NCBI GenBank assembly: GCA_964607645.1
Contig: CAZSLN010000001.1
Location: 70,577 to 134,576, forward strand
Reading direction: 5' to 3'
Origin: an uncultured Anaerolinea sp.
Lineage (GTDB): Bacteria > Chloroflexota > Anaerolineae > Anaerolineales > Villigracilaceae
Length of the DNA stretch: 64,000 nucleotides
The position numbers and the translations under genes are program-made. The notes beneath the pieces are model-generated. The model was not told the DNA's origin and ran no database searches. It worked only from the letters and a program-made list of their open reading frames with translations. This document shows positions 53,221 through 62,783 of this stretch, in pieces. The number at the start of each line of letters is the position of its first letter. The stretch's first letter is position 1.

Positions 53221-54855
53221 ATGAAAACGATATTCCTTCATACTCTAATTTTTTGTTTTGTAGCGGCCTCTTGCCGATCTATTCCCCAAACCACTGCCGT
53301 CTCTGTAGAACCATCGCTTTCCACAGAGGGTCCAGCCCCCGCCGTCACTGCCCCTCAACCAACCCCCACCCCTTTCTTTGTTCAACCGACCCAAGCGCTT
53401 GCACCTTCAAAAGTAAACGGACCCGACTTGGAAAATTTTTCAGCCGAGATCAATCCACTAACCGGCTTGCGGGTGGAAGATCCATCCTCGTTGCAATTGC
53501 CAGCGGTATTAGTATCCATCAGTAACTCACCCATTACCGCGCGACCGCAAGCTGGGTTGTCGTTTGCTTCCCATGTTATTGAGCTGTTCATTGGTGAGGG
53601 AACCACTCGCTTCTTGGCTGCTTTTTACGGCGATCTACCAAAGCGCATTCCCCAGAACAAATCAAAATGCGAGGAGAACTTCGAAGCCCGGCAGCAGTAC
53701 AAAACCTGGGTCGGTAACCGAGTATGGTTCGACGAGAACAAGAACGGTCTACAGGATCCTTGGGAAGCGGGAATTGGTGGGGTTGCCTTGGAATTGCTAA
53801 AGGCAGATGGCGTCACATCCATCGCTACCACTTGCACAGACTCCAACGGGTTCTATTCCTTCGACGCTTCCAAAGTCGCCCAAACTGGTTACTTTATCAA
53901 GGTTGATACTTCGCTCCCTGCCACCAAACCCAACGCTGGCTTTAGAAACAATGACAGCGACCTGATCGATTCAAATGGTCTCATCCCTTTCTTTTATTTC
54001 GGAAAAAGCGATGAAAATATCGACATCGGCTTCATCGAACAAGCTGGAGAATTGCTCATTGCCGATTCCGACATCGCCCCAGATAGAACATATGTCGGCC
54101 CGATCCGTTCCGGCAGGCTCACTTATGATGATTTCAACCGTATGTTTCCTTCTAGCTGTTTGGTGTTTGCAAGCGCGGGGGAGGGGATTCTTGAACGATT
54201 AAAAGCTTGTGAGATCATCTACGGCGAGCGAGCGGATACCCCAAACACCTCGCTGCTCGATGTCGATCATCTAAAAGAATTAGCCGAAGGGAACAAAGTT
54301 AGCAACATTCCCATCAATTACTCGGGCAACCTTTTCTCACAACAAGTGCCGGATAATGGCAATCCTGCCAGCAGCTTGCTGGTTTCATTTCACCAATTCG
54401 CACAATCGCAATGGCAATATGATTTGGTCTCCGGAAATTACTCGCGATTTACCGACAACATCGATGCCAGTGGGCTTTTCCACGCTGATATCGATCGACT
54501 CACCGGCCGGCAGATCACCTTCGAAAATGTCATCGTTGTTTTAGCTGATTACAACGTTTTCAGGCATGGACAATATGATGTTGATCTGTGTTGCGGACTG
54601 GAAGGGTATGCCTTCCTTTTGCGAGACGGAAATATCTATAAGATCCGCTGGAGCACCAACAATGGCGAATGGGAAAGGACCACCGGCCTGCTCAGACCGA
54701 TCAAGTTCATCGGGGAGGACAAACAACCCTTCCCATTAAAACCCGGCAGAACCTTTATTACCTTGATGACCAAAAACTCGGCGATCTCGGAAAAAACTCC
54801 AGAAGTTTGGCAAGCGATCTTCGCGATGCCGGATGATTTTGCCCCAATTGAATAA
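53221..54855 (+). CDS. DUF3048-family lipoprotein paralog with inserted SdrD-B/Cna-B-like domain
   Basis: 544-aa ORF. Lipobox-like AASC. PAVLVSISNSPITARPQAGLSFASHVIELFIGEGTTRFLAAFYGD. Insertion VGNRVWFDENKNGLQDPWEAGIGGVALELLKADG...TDSNGFYSF is absent from the upstream paralog. Confidence 0.75.
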   Translation: MKTIFLHTLIFCFVAASCRSIPQTTAVSVEPSLSTEGPAPAVTAPQPTPTPFFVQPTQALAPSKVNGPDLENFSAEINPLTGLRVEDPSSLQLPAVLVSISNSPITARPQAGLSFASHVIELFIGEGTTRFLAAFYGDLPKRIPQNKSKCEENFEARQQYKTWVGNRVWFDENKNGLQDPWEAGIGGVALELLKADGVTSIATTCTDSNGFYSFDASKVAQTGYFIKVDTSLPATKPNAGFRNNDSDLIDSNGLIPFFYFGKSDENIDIGFIEQAGELLIADSDIAPDRTYVGPIRSGRLTYDDFNRMFPSSCLVFASAGEGILERLKACEIIYGERADTPNTSLLDVDHLKELAEGNKVSNIPINYSGNLFSQQVPDNGNPASSLLVSFHQFAQSQWQYDLVSGNYSRFTDNIDASGLFHADIDRLTGRQITFENVIVVLADYNVFRHGQYDVDLCCGLEGYAFLLRDGNIYKIRWSTNNGEWERTTGLLRPIKFIGEDKQPFPLKPGRTFITLMTKNSAISEKTPEVWQAIFAMPDDFAPIE

Positions 54856-54867
54856 CTTGGAGGTTAT

Positions 54868-55551
54868 GTGAATAAATATGTTTCTGAGCTGGTCAATACC
54901 CTCGAAAAAAATCGCGATCCTCAAAAAGCAAAACCGATGGAAGCCTATATGCGGAACCAATTTCCGTATCTTGGCATTAAATCGCCTGAACTGTCGAGCC
55001 TAACTAGCTCGTTTTATTCAAGAAACGGGCTTCCAGCTGTTCAGGAGTTATCCGAGATCCTCCAAGATCTTTGGCAAGTACCGGAAAGAGAATATCAATA
55101 TATTGCGGTTGGTTTACTTTCTCGGATGACCAAGAAAATATCGGATGATTTCATCGGCACTATTGAATACCTGCTGGTTACCAAACCCTGGTGGGATACC
55201 GTAGATGCCATTGCCGGTAGTACTGTCGGTGTCCATTTTCAACGCTTTCCCGATGTGATGAATTCGACCTTGCCAAGATGGAGAATCTCTCCCATTTTTT
55301 GGCTGCGACGCTCCGCACTTTTATTCCAACTGAACTACAAAGAGAAAACGGATTTCGTTACCCTTTGCCAGATCATCGAAGAAAACATTGGTTCAAAAGA
55401 ATTTTTCATCAACAAGGCCATTGGTTGGTCTCTTAGGCAATACTCCAAGTACAATGAAATCAAAGTTCGAGAATTTGTATCCGAAACGAACCTTCACCCA
55501 CTCAGCAAGCGTGAAGCCCTAAAGTGGCTTGAACGAAAGGCAAACAAATGA
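54868..55551 (+). CDS. DNA alkylation repair protein (AlkD-like HEAT-repeat family)
   Basis: 227-aa ORF with a GTG start. FWLRRSALLFQL and NKAIGWSLRQYSK segments typical of the family. Confidence 0.75.
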   Translation: MNKYVSELVNTLEKNRDPQKAKPMEAYMRNQFPYLGIKSPELSSLTSSFYSRNGLPAVQELSEILQDLWQVPEREYQYIAVGLLSRMTKKISDDFIGTIEYLLVTKPWWDTVDAIAGSTVGVHFQRFPDVMNSTLPRWRISPIFWLRRSALLFQLNYKEKTDFVTLCQIIEENIGSKEFFINKAIGWSLRQYSKYNEIKVREFVSETNLHPLSKREALKWLERKANK

Positions 55552-56756
55552 CCCCTTCCCCAAGCGAAACCCCTGTGATCCTTGCCGCCAAACGCACCCC
55601 TATAGGAAAATTCCAGGGTGCGCTTAGTTCCTTTACAGCGACCGAACTCGGAGCGTTTGCCATCAAAGCAGCAATCGCTGAGTTGCCGGGGCTTGATCTT
55701 GCCGCGGTCGACGAAGTTTTGATGGGGAATGTTGTTTCTTCCGGTTTAGGGCAAGCCCCGGCCAGGCAAGCCGCGATCAAAGCAGGCTTACCCACTTCCA
55801 CTTGCGCTACGACCATCAATAAAGTTTGCGGTTCCGGCCTAAAAACAGTGATGCTTGCCAGCCAAGCTATTAAAGCAGGAGATGGCAGTTTATTTATCGC
55901 GGGCGGAATGGAATCTATGTCGCGCGCGCCGTACCTCCTGCCCGGTCGAAATGGCGAATTGCGCTATGGTAACGTGACCTTGATCGATTCGTTGCTCAAC
56001 GACGGCTTATGGGATTCATTTGAAAATTGGGGGATGGGAAATGCCGCGGAATTTATCGCGACGGAATACGGTATTAGCCGTGAAGAGATGGATCAGTATG
56101 CCCATCATAGCCACCAAAAAGCCGTAAAAGCCATGCAAAACGGAGCATTCGTTCATGAGACTGCCAGCGTATCGATCACAGACCGAAAGGGGGCAATTTC
56201 TATTGTCTCCGCGGATGAGAGCCCGAGAGCTGATGTATCAGTTGAAAACCTTGCGAAATTAAAACCATCCTTTATCAAAGATGGAAAAGTGACCGCAGGC
56301 AATGCTTCTACCTTAAACGATGGGGCTTCGGCTTGTATCATCGCGAGCCTTGAATATGCCAAAGAAAACTCTCTCACCCCGATGGCGCGGGTGGTGGCAA
56401 CTGCACAAGTGGCGGTTGAACCAAAATTTCTTTTCGCGGCTCCCGCCCAAGCTATGCCGCTCGTCCTCAAACGATCGGGGTGGCAGCTTGCGGATGTGGA
56501 TTTGATCGAATTGAACGAAGCCTTTGCGGCTCAGGTATTAGCGAACGGGAAAGCGCTCACTTCCGCCGGCTGGAACTGGGATAAAGTTAATATCAATGGC
56601 GGTGGAATATCTCTAGGACATCCACTTGGAGCAAGCGGAACTCGTGTTTTGGTTACTCTTATACACGCTCTAAGGCAAAACAACTTACGTCGAGGTATGG
56701 CTTGCCTCTGTCTTGGCGGCGGTGAAGCAGTCGCCGTTACTATTGAAATCATTTAG
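55548..56756 (+). CDS. acetyl-CoA C-acetyltransferase (thiolase II), second copy
   Basis: 402-aa ORF. INKVCGSGL nucleophile, NINGGGISLGHPLGASG, CLGGGEA. 4-nt overlap with the upstream gene. Confidence 0.9.
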   Translation: MTPSPSETPVILAAKRTPIGKFQGALSSFTATELGAFAIKAAIAELPGLDLAAVDEVLMGNVVSSGLGQAPARQAAIKAGLPTSTCATTINKVCGSGLKTVMLASQAIKAGDGSLFIAGGMESMSRAPYLLPGRNGELRYGNVTLIDSLLNDGLWDSFENWGMGNAAEFIATEYGISREEMDQYAHHSHQKAVKAMQNGAFVHETASVSITDRKGAISIVSADESPRADVSVENLAKLKPSFIKDGKVTAGNASTLNDGASACIIASLEYAKENSLTPMARVVATAQVAVEPKFLFAAPAQAMPLVLKRSGWQLADVDLIELNEAFAAQVLANGKALTSAGWNWDKVNINGGGISLGHPLGASGTRVLVTLIHALRQNNLRRGMACLCLGGGEAVAVTIEII

Positions 56757-56768
56757 TGTTTATAAGGT

Positions 56769-57281
56769 ATGAATATGGATCAAATCACCTACAAACAATT
56801 GGCAAAAAAATACGGCAAAGGCTTTTCCGCTTTGGAGAATGCCCTCAGCGCCATTCCTAAAAAAGCTTGGTCATTTAAACCCACCCCTGAGGAATGGAGC
56901 ATTTCCGAGATCATTGTTCACCTGGTCGATTCGGAGGCAAATGCCATGCTGCGAATTCGCGTTCTTTTTGCCGAAGAAGGCCGTACTTTAATGGCTTACG
57001 ACCAAGATATATGGGCAAGTAAACTAAATTACCTCAATACAGATCTCGATAATTCCATGTTTTTGCTCGAAGGAATACGAAAATTTACCCACTCATGGCT
57101 AAAAAGTATCACCGTTAGTGATTTCCAAAATTACGCGATCCATCCGGAATACGGCGAACCCTATTCCTTTGAAAAATGGATGGTCATTTACTCAAACCAC
57201 ATCTACTCTCACATCGATCAGGTAAATAAAAATTACACCCTATGGAAATCACAACGAACACAAAAAACAAAAAACAAGTAA
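56769..57281 (+). CDS. DinB-family (DinB_2) protein
   Basis: 170-aa ORF with four-helix-bundle His motifs (VHLVDSEANAMLR, HIYSHIDQ). Confidence 0.75.
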   Translation: MNMDQITYKQLAKKYGKGFSALENALSAIPKKAWSFKPTPEEWSISEIIVHLVDSEANAMLRIRVLFAEEGRTLMAYDQDIWASKLNYLNTDLDNSMFLLEGIRKFTHSWLKSITVSDFQNYAIHPEYGEPYSFEKWMVIYSNHIYSHIDQVNKNYTLWKSQRTQKTKNK

Positions 57282-58870
57282 CTAAAGATCGTCTTTACGA
57301 TTTTGTCATTATCGGTTCTGGCTTTGGGGGCAGTGTCTCCGCGCTCAGGCTGGTAGAAAAAGGGTACAAAGTGCTGCTTCTTGAAAAAGGAAAGCGCTGG
57401 CAAGATGACGATTTTCCCAAAACGAACCTGATTTTCTGGAAGTATATTTGGGCTCCCTATATTCGATCCTTCGGTATTTTACAAATAAGTGTTTTAAATG
57501 GTTTGATGGTGTTACATGGTGCCGGTTTTGGTGGCGGCAGCCTTGGCTATGCAAATGTTCTCGAAATCCCCTCGGATGATTCCTTTGCCACCCCCGCCTG
57601 GAACACTCCGATCCCTTGGGGAAAGGTTCTCGCTCCGCATTACAGCACAGCGCAAAGGATGCTCGGCGCGAACAAGAATCCTCAATTGTGGAAAGCGGAT
57701 GAAATATTAAAAGAGATTGCTCTCGAGGGGGATCGACCCAATAGTTTTCGCGAGACGATGGTAGGCGCTTATTTTGGCGACCCTGATAAAACCACCCCAG
57801 ATCCCTACTTCAACGGAGAAGGCCCAGCCCGAAACGGCTGCCAATTTTGCGGCGGTTGTATGATCGGCTGCCGGTATAACGCTAAGAACACCCTCCCCAA
57901 AAATTACCTTCACCTTGCTGAAAAAAAGGGCTTAGAGGTTCTCACCGAAGCCGAAGTGACGGATGTGACCAATAATCCGGCCGATAAGTCTTATACGGTC
58001 AGCTATAAAAATTCCACAGGGTTATTTAGCAGCACAAAATCGGTATCCTCAAAAAAAGTGGTTTTTTCTTCCGGCGTCATGGGTTCGATCAAATTACTGC
58101 TAAATCTTCGTGATGTGAAAAAATCTCTACCCAACCTGTCACCTCAGCTTGGCAATTCCATTCGAACCAACAGCGAAGCCTTGTTGGGTTCGGTTGCCCG
58201 CCCCGATGATATTGATTACTCGATCGGCGTATCGATCAGTTCGATCATCGATACCGATGAGATCACCCGTGTGGAACCAGTTCGCTATCCCGCCGGCTCT
58301 GACTTAATGCGATTCATAAGCGCCCCGCTCATCGACCTAAATAGCGGCATCCCAGCTAGAATACTGCAAAGCCTTGCATGGGTTGTCCATCATCCGATCG
58401 ACACATTAAGATCTTTCGTACTCCCAAACTGGGCAAAAAAAGTCACTATTTTGCTCATTATGCAGCATATCGATAACCGAATGAATTTTAGGATCGGCAG
58501 AAGTTTTTGGACTTTGGGGCGAAAGGGTTTGGTCACCGAACAAGTACCCGGCCACGAGATCCACGCTCAAGTAACAGGCTCGCATCAGATCGTTCGCAAG
58601 TTTGCCCAAAAGACCAATGGGGTTGCCCTTGGTTCCCTTGGCGAGAATGTCCTCAACCTGCCAACCACCGCTCATATTCTTGGGGGCGCGCCGATGGGGT
58701 CTACCGCTAACGAGGGAGTGATCAGCGATTCCTTTGAGGTTCATAATTACCCCGGATTGTTCATCATTGATGGTTCTGTTATGCCGGCTAACCCAGGCGT
58801 GAACCCCAGCCTTACGATCACCGCTATGGCAGAATTTGCCATGAGCAAAATACCCGCCAAAAACGCATGA
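57242..58870 (+). CDS. GMC-family FAD oxidoreductase (cholesterol oxidase/long-chain alcohol oxidase-like)
   Basis: 542-aa ORF. YDFVIIGSGFGGSVSALRL dinucleotide fold and C-terminal IIDGSVMPANPGVNPSLTI. The only in-frame ATG overlaps the DinB gene by 40 nt. Confidence 0.8.
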   Translation: MEITTNTKNKKQVTKDRLYDFVIIGSGFGGSVSALRLVEKGYKVLLLEKGKRWQDDDFPKTNLIFWKYIWAPYIRSFGILQISVLNGLMVLHGAGFGGGSLGYANVLEIPSDDSFATPAWNTPIPWGKVLAPHYSTAQRMLGANKNPQLWKADEILKEIALEGDRPNSFRETMVGAYFGDPDKTTPDPYFNGEGPARNGCQFCGGCMIGCRYNAKNTLPKNYLHLAEKKGLEVLTEAEVTDVTNNPADKSYTVSYKNSTGLFSSTKSVSSKKVVFSSGVMGSIKLLLNLRDVKKSLPNLSPQLGNSIRTNSEALLGSVARPDDIDYSIGVSISSIIDTDEITRVEPVRYPAGSDLMRFISAPLIDLNSGIPARILQSLAWVVHHPIDTLRSFVLPNWAKKVTILLIMQHIDNRMNFRIGRSFWTLGRKGLVTEQVPGHEIHAQVTGSHQIVRKFAQKTNGVALGSLGENVLNLPTTAHILGGAPMGSTANEGVISDSFEVHNYPGLFIIDGSVMPANPGVNPSLTITAMAEFAMSKIPAKNA

Positions 58871-59547
58871 AGCAATACAAATGCTTGTTGTTCGACCTAG
58901 ATGATACGCTATTAGATTTTAAGATCGCAGAGAAGTTTGCCTTCAACAAGTTGATGGAACAAAACAACCTGCCGCTGACAGACGAAGTCTTTCAGCGGTA
59001 TTGCGCGATCAACAAAGAAGTCTGGGATGACTTTGAAAAACATCTTCTGACAGCAGATGAAGTGAAGTACAAGCGCTTTGAGCTTTTTTGCCAAGCATAC
59101 GCCTTAGCGCTCGACGCGGTCGTTCTTGGCGATCAATATTTGGATAATTTATCCCAAAGTTATGAGCTGATCGAAGGCGCGATCGATCTTCTAGACAGAC
59201 TCAAAACAAATTACAAGTTGGTGTTGGTAACAAATGGCCTGAGTAAGGTACAAAACCCAAGGATCCGCTCTTCGCGAATGGATGAATTCTTCCCTTTGGT
59301 TTTTATTTCAGAAGAAGTGGGCTGTTCAAAACCTTCCAACCAGTTTTTCCAACACGTTTATAACCAATTGGGTGAAATAAAAAAAGAGGACATCCTGATC
59401 ATTGGTGACAGTATGTCCTCAGATATGCTGGGTGGGCGTAATTTTGGGATCGACACATGCTGGTTCAATCCAAATCAACAAGCGCGGAAATTTGATGTGA
59501 CATTTGAAATTACCCATCTGAATGAACTCAATAAGATATTGCTCTAG
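58867..59547 (+). CDS. HAD-superfamily hydrolase, YjjG-like nucleotidase subfamily
   Basis: 226-aa ORF. Motif I LLFDLDDTLLDF, motif III/IV K...GDSMSSD. 4-nt overlap with the upstream gene. Confidence 0.8.
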   Translation: MKQYKCLLFDLDDTLLDFKIAEKFAFNKLMEQNNLPLTDEVFQRYCAINKEVWDDFEKHLLTADEVKYKRFELFCQAYALALDAVVLGDQYLDNLSQSYELIEGAIDLLDRLKTNYKLVLVTNGLSKVQNPRIRSSRMDEFFPLVFISEEVGCSKPSNQFFQHVYNQLGEIKKEDILIIGDSMSSDMLGGRNFGIDTCWFNPNQQARKFDVTFEITHLNELNKILL

Positions 59548-59550
59548 CTT

Positions 59551-60303
59551 CTATTCCTTTTCCTTTTCACTCGCAACATAGATCTTTATCGCACGCAAAA
59601 ACGCGGCCGACAGATCCGGGTGCAACTGGTCGAAATTCTTTCTAAACCGTTCGTCGTCATTGTAAAGATGACCTAAACCCTCTAGTTGGTCTAAATTCGG
59701 CGCCCAGAAAAACGCCATATGATCGCGCCAACGTTGAACCAAACCTTGGATCTCTTCGCTGCCCGGATCAAGTGTTAGCGACTTAGCCAACTCCGCATAA
59801 ATATCCATTCCCTCCTGTAAGATCGCCTGTTGTTTATCCTTGGAATACTCTTTCCAGCGTTTGTTTGAATCTCGCACCGTTTTAGGGTCATACATTTTTT
59901 CGGCTTCTTCGGCATATATTTCTTGCTGTTCATCGGTAAAACCAGAAAACATATTTTTGTCTGTCATCGTCTTTACTCCTGTTAAATGGTAAATCGTGGA
60001 TGTGATCGTCTGATGAAGTTTTTGGTATTGGACGATCTTCCGGGATATGGTTTGTTTATGTTGATCCAGGGCTTGTAGAAGATCAAAATCGGGGCGAGTT
60101 AGTATTTCTTTTATCTCACGAAGGGAAAGACCCAACTCTTTATAAAATAGGATCTGCTGCAATCGTAAAACTGCGTCTTCACCGTAGCCCCGATATCCAT
60201 TCGACCTAACCACGGAGGGTTTTAAAAGGCCGATCGAATCATAATAATGCAGGGTTCGGGTAGAGATCGAAGCGAGTTTTGAAAGTTCCTTTACAGTCAT
60301 CAT
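59551..60303 (-). CDS. MerR-family transcriptional regulator with TipAS-type C-terminal domain
   Basis: 250-aa ORF. HTH MTVKELSKLASISTRTLHYYDSIGLL. The C-terminal ~140 aa resemble the TipAS antibiotic-recognition domain. Confidence 0.85.
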   Translation of the reverse strand: MMTVKELSKLASISTRTLHYYDSIGLLKPSVVRSNGYRGYGEDAVLRLQQILFYKELGLSLREIKEILTRPDFDLLQALDQHKQTISRKIVQYQKLHQTITSTIYHLTGVKTMTDKNMFSGFTDEQQEIYAEEAEKMYDPKTVRDSNKRWKEYSKDKQQAILQEGMDIYAELAKSLTLDPGSEEIQGLVQRWRDHMAFFWAPNLDQLEGLGHLYNDDERFRKNFDQLHPDLSAAFLRAIKIYVASEKEKE

Positions 60304-60309
60304 AAAGCA

Positions 60310-60340
60310 ACTATAAACTATACCGTTACGTTAATGTCAA
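60310..60340 (-). promoter_or_regulatory. MerR-type promoter with 19-bp spacer
   Basis: Minus strand reads TTGACA (60340-60335), a 19-nt spacer TTAACGTAACGGTATAGTT, TATAGT (60315-60310), then 6 nt and the ATG at 60303. Confidence 0.5.
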
Positions 60341-60350
60341 GAGGGGTTAT

Positions 60351-62777
60351 TTACAAAGCTCGAGGGAGTGTTACGGTAAATTTCGTACCCTTCCCCACGC
60401 GAGTGTTGAGTTGAATCGTTCCGCCAATCCGGTCTAAAAGCGATTTCACAATGAACAATCCGATACCAGTACCTTGGATCTGTTTTTCGATCGCGTTGGT
60501 TCCCCTAAAAAACCGCGAGAAAAGGAACGGCACATCCTCTGCCGGTATTCCGATTCCTGTATCCTGAATTGTGAAAACCATATTTTCTGATGAAAAATGG
60601 ATTTTCACCTTGATACTTCCGCCGCTCGGGGTAAATTTTAGGGCATTCCCGATCAGGTTACCAAAAATCTGATTGATCGAGACCTCATCTGACATAATTG
60701 AATCGGACTGAACCCCCTCATCCCGGGTGATCGAATGCTCTAAATGAATGTTTTTCTCTTTTGCTTGAATTTCTAATTTTGTAAAGAGATCATTAAATAG
60801 GTTGAGCATATTGATCATTTTGTAATGCAGATGCGGTTGTTGACCTTCCATTTTTCCCGCAGTCAAAATATCATCGATCAATAACTTCTCGCGGTCCAGT
60901 TCACCTTTCAATATGTCCCAAAATTCAATACGTTCCTCTTGGGTCTTAGAGCCATCCATCAGGTTCGCCATCAGCATCATAGTAGCGATCGGGGTGCGCA
61001 ATTCGTGAGTGGCTTTGTTAATAAAATCTGATTTAATTTGTTCTAACCTGGCCCGCTCACTAATATCTCGAACGATCGCGGTTACTTCATTGTTGCCGCT
61101 GTATTGTATCCGTGCCTCGACCACACGACGCGAATCATTCCCTTCGAATAAAAATTCAACATTCTGGAGTTCATTCGTTTCTACAGCTTCATTGATGGCA
61201 GACAATATTTCGATCACTCGGTTCGGTGGCAATAGAGATTCAATAGATTTCCCAACATATGTTTCAATTTCGGTGCTTAGTGTATCGTCAATGCTTGGCT
61301 TGATATCAACGATCATCCCATCCCGCGAAATTCTAAAGATCATATCGGGTACAGCTTTTAGTAAGGCACTCTTCCTTTTTTCACTTTGCGCCAATTCTTT
61401 TTGGTACTTTTGTCTCATTAACGCGTTCGAAATGATATCGCTCACCATCTTGATCAGAAGCACACTATCCAGAGACCAAGTGAGAGATTTCTTAACTGAA
61501 TCAAAACCGAGGAATCCTATCAAGTCATTATCCGAGATCAAAGGAACCACAAGAATCGATTTAATATCCTGAGATTCTAATATTTCTCGTTCAGCATGAG
61601 CCGCTTTTGGTAGCCGCGAAACATCAGGGACATTGATCACTTCAAAACGCCGCAATTTCTTCAACCACCAAGGAAACACCGCCTGAGGCAGATCAACTAG
61701 GTTCTCTTTCTCAGGAGAGATCCCTTCCGCCACCCACTCATGCGAATTGGTCATTGTCATATCTATGTCGTTAAAAAAGAACACATAGCTGCGATCTACG
61801 TCCATCAATTCGCCAATATCACCCAACACCCCATTTATCTCCGAATCGATCTGATCTATCGGAAGATTGATCAATTTGGTTGAAATTGTTGTTAGCGTTT
61901 CCTCAAATTTATGCCGGAATCCCAATTGGGCTTGTTGCTGTTGATTGGTTAACTCATCTTGAATGCGTTTTGTTATATCTCTTGAAGCTAGGTAAAGCCT
62001 AAAATGATTAACCTTCCCGCGCCATTCAAAATTCTTCCATTCTCCCTTTTTTGTTCTCATTCGATTGATAAATTCAAGGTCGGAATTTGCTATTAATGCC
62101 GCGTGAATTGCTTGTATACTGATTTCTTGATCTTCGGGATGAACGAACGAATAAAAAGATTTGCTTAGCAGGTCTGGGCTATCATATCCAAGCGTCCAGG
62201 CCCAAGCATTATTCACTTTAAGTATCTTGCCAGAAGGCTCGGCTACCATCATAAGATCATTTGTCACGCCGAAAAAAGTATCAGCGTCGGCAACCTGCTC
62301 ATTGATGGTTTCTTCTTTTTCGAATCGCTGGGTGATATCGCGAGAAATTCCTAGAACACCAATGATCGTTCCATCGGAATTTTTTAAAGTCGTTTTTATG
62401 GTTTCTAAAAGAATTTTTTTTCCATCAGGTAATACGACCCAATCATTGTTCTTCCACTCAGATTGGTTTTTGATGACCAATTTATCTTCAGTGACAAAAA
62501 TATTAGCTCGCTCTTCATCAAAAAGCTGATGATCCGTTTTGCCAATAACATCTTCCACTTTACGCCCAAAAAATTGAGCTAAGCTTTCATTTACCCCAAT
62601 ATACACGCCATCTAGGTTTTTACAAAAAGCAAAATCCGCCATCGAATTAATAACAGATAAAAAAGAAGGAAACATATCATCCTGGGTAACGGAATTCTTC
62701 TCCAGAATAATATTCTCCCTTTCCTTTTTGGGAACTTTGTTCGTTTTTAACTCAGTCTTTGTGGTTTTATTTGTCAT
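60351..62777 (-). CDS. multi-sensor (PAS-PAS-GAF-PAS) histidine kinase
   Basis: 808-aa cytoplasmic ORF. H-box THELRTPIATM, N-box GNALKFT, G-boxes QDTGIGI and GTGIGL. Confidence 0.88.
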   Translation of the reverse strand: MTNKTTKTELKTNKVPKKERENIILEKNSVTQDDMFPSFLSVINSMADFAFCKNLDGVYIGVNESLAQFFGRKVEDVIGKTDHQLFDEERANIFVTEDKLVIKNQSEWKNNDWVVLPDGKKILLETIKTTLKNSDGTIIGVLGISRDITQRFEKEETINEQVADADTFFGVTNDLMMVAEPSGKILKVNNAWAWTLGYDSPDLLSKSFYSFVHPEDQEISIQAIHAALIANSDLEFINRMRTKKGEWKNFEWRGKVNHFRLYLASRDITKRIQDELTNQQQQAQLGFRHKFEETLTTISTKLINLPIDQIDSEINGVLGDIGELMDVDRSYVFFFNDIDMTMTNSHEWVAEGISPEKENLVDLPQAVFPWWLKKLRRFEVINVPDVSRLPKAAHAEREILESQDIKSILVVPLISDNDLIGFLGFDSVKKSLTWSLDSVLLIKMVSDIISNALMRQKYQKELAQSEKRKSALLKAVPDMIFRISRDGMIVDIKPSIDDTLSTEIETYVGKSIESLLPPNRVIEILSAINEAVETNELQNVEFLFEGNDSRRVVEARIQYSGNNEVTAIVRDISERARLEQIKSDFINKATHELRTPIATMMLMANLMDGSKTQEERIEFWDILKGELDREKLLIDDILTAGKMEGQQPHLHYKMINMLNLFNDLFTKLEIQAKEKNIHLEHSITRDEGVQSDSIMSDEVSINQIFGNLIGNALKFTPSGGSIKVKIHFSSENMVFTIQDTGIGIPAEDVPFLFSRFFRGTNAIEKQIQGTGIGLFIVKSLLDRIGGTIQLNTRVGKGTKFTVTLPRAL

Positions 62778-62783
62778 GATCGT

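Noticed and set aside
61009-61572. 187-aa plus-strand ORF inside the PAS-GAF histidine kinase gene.
   Set aside because: It is opposite a gene with complete H, N and G boxes. The product is Ser/Ile/Leu-rich and low-complexity.
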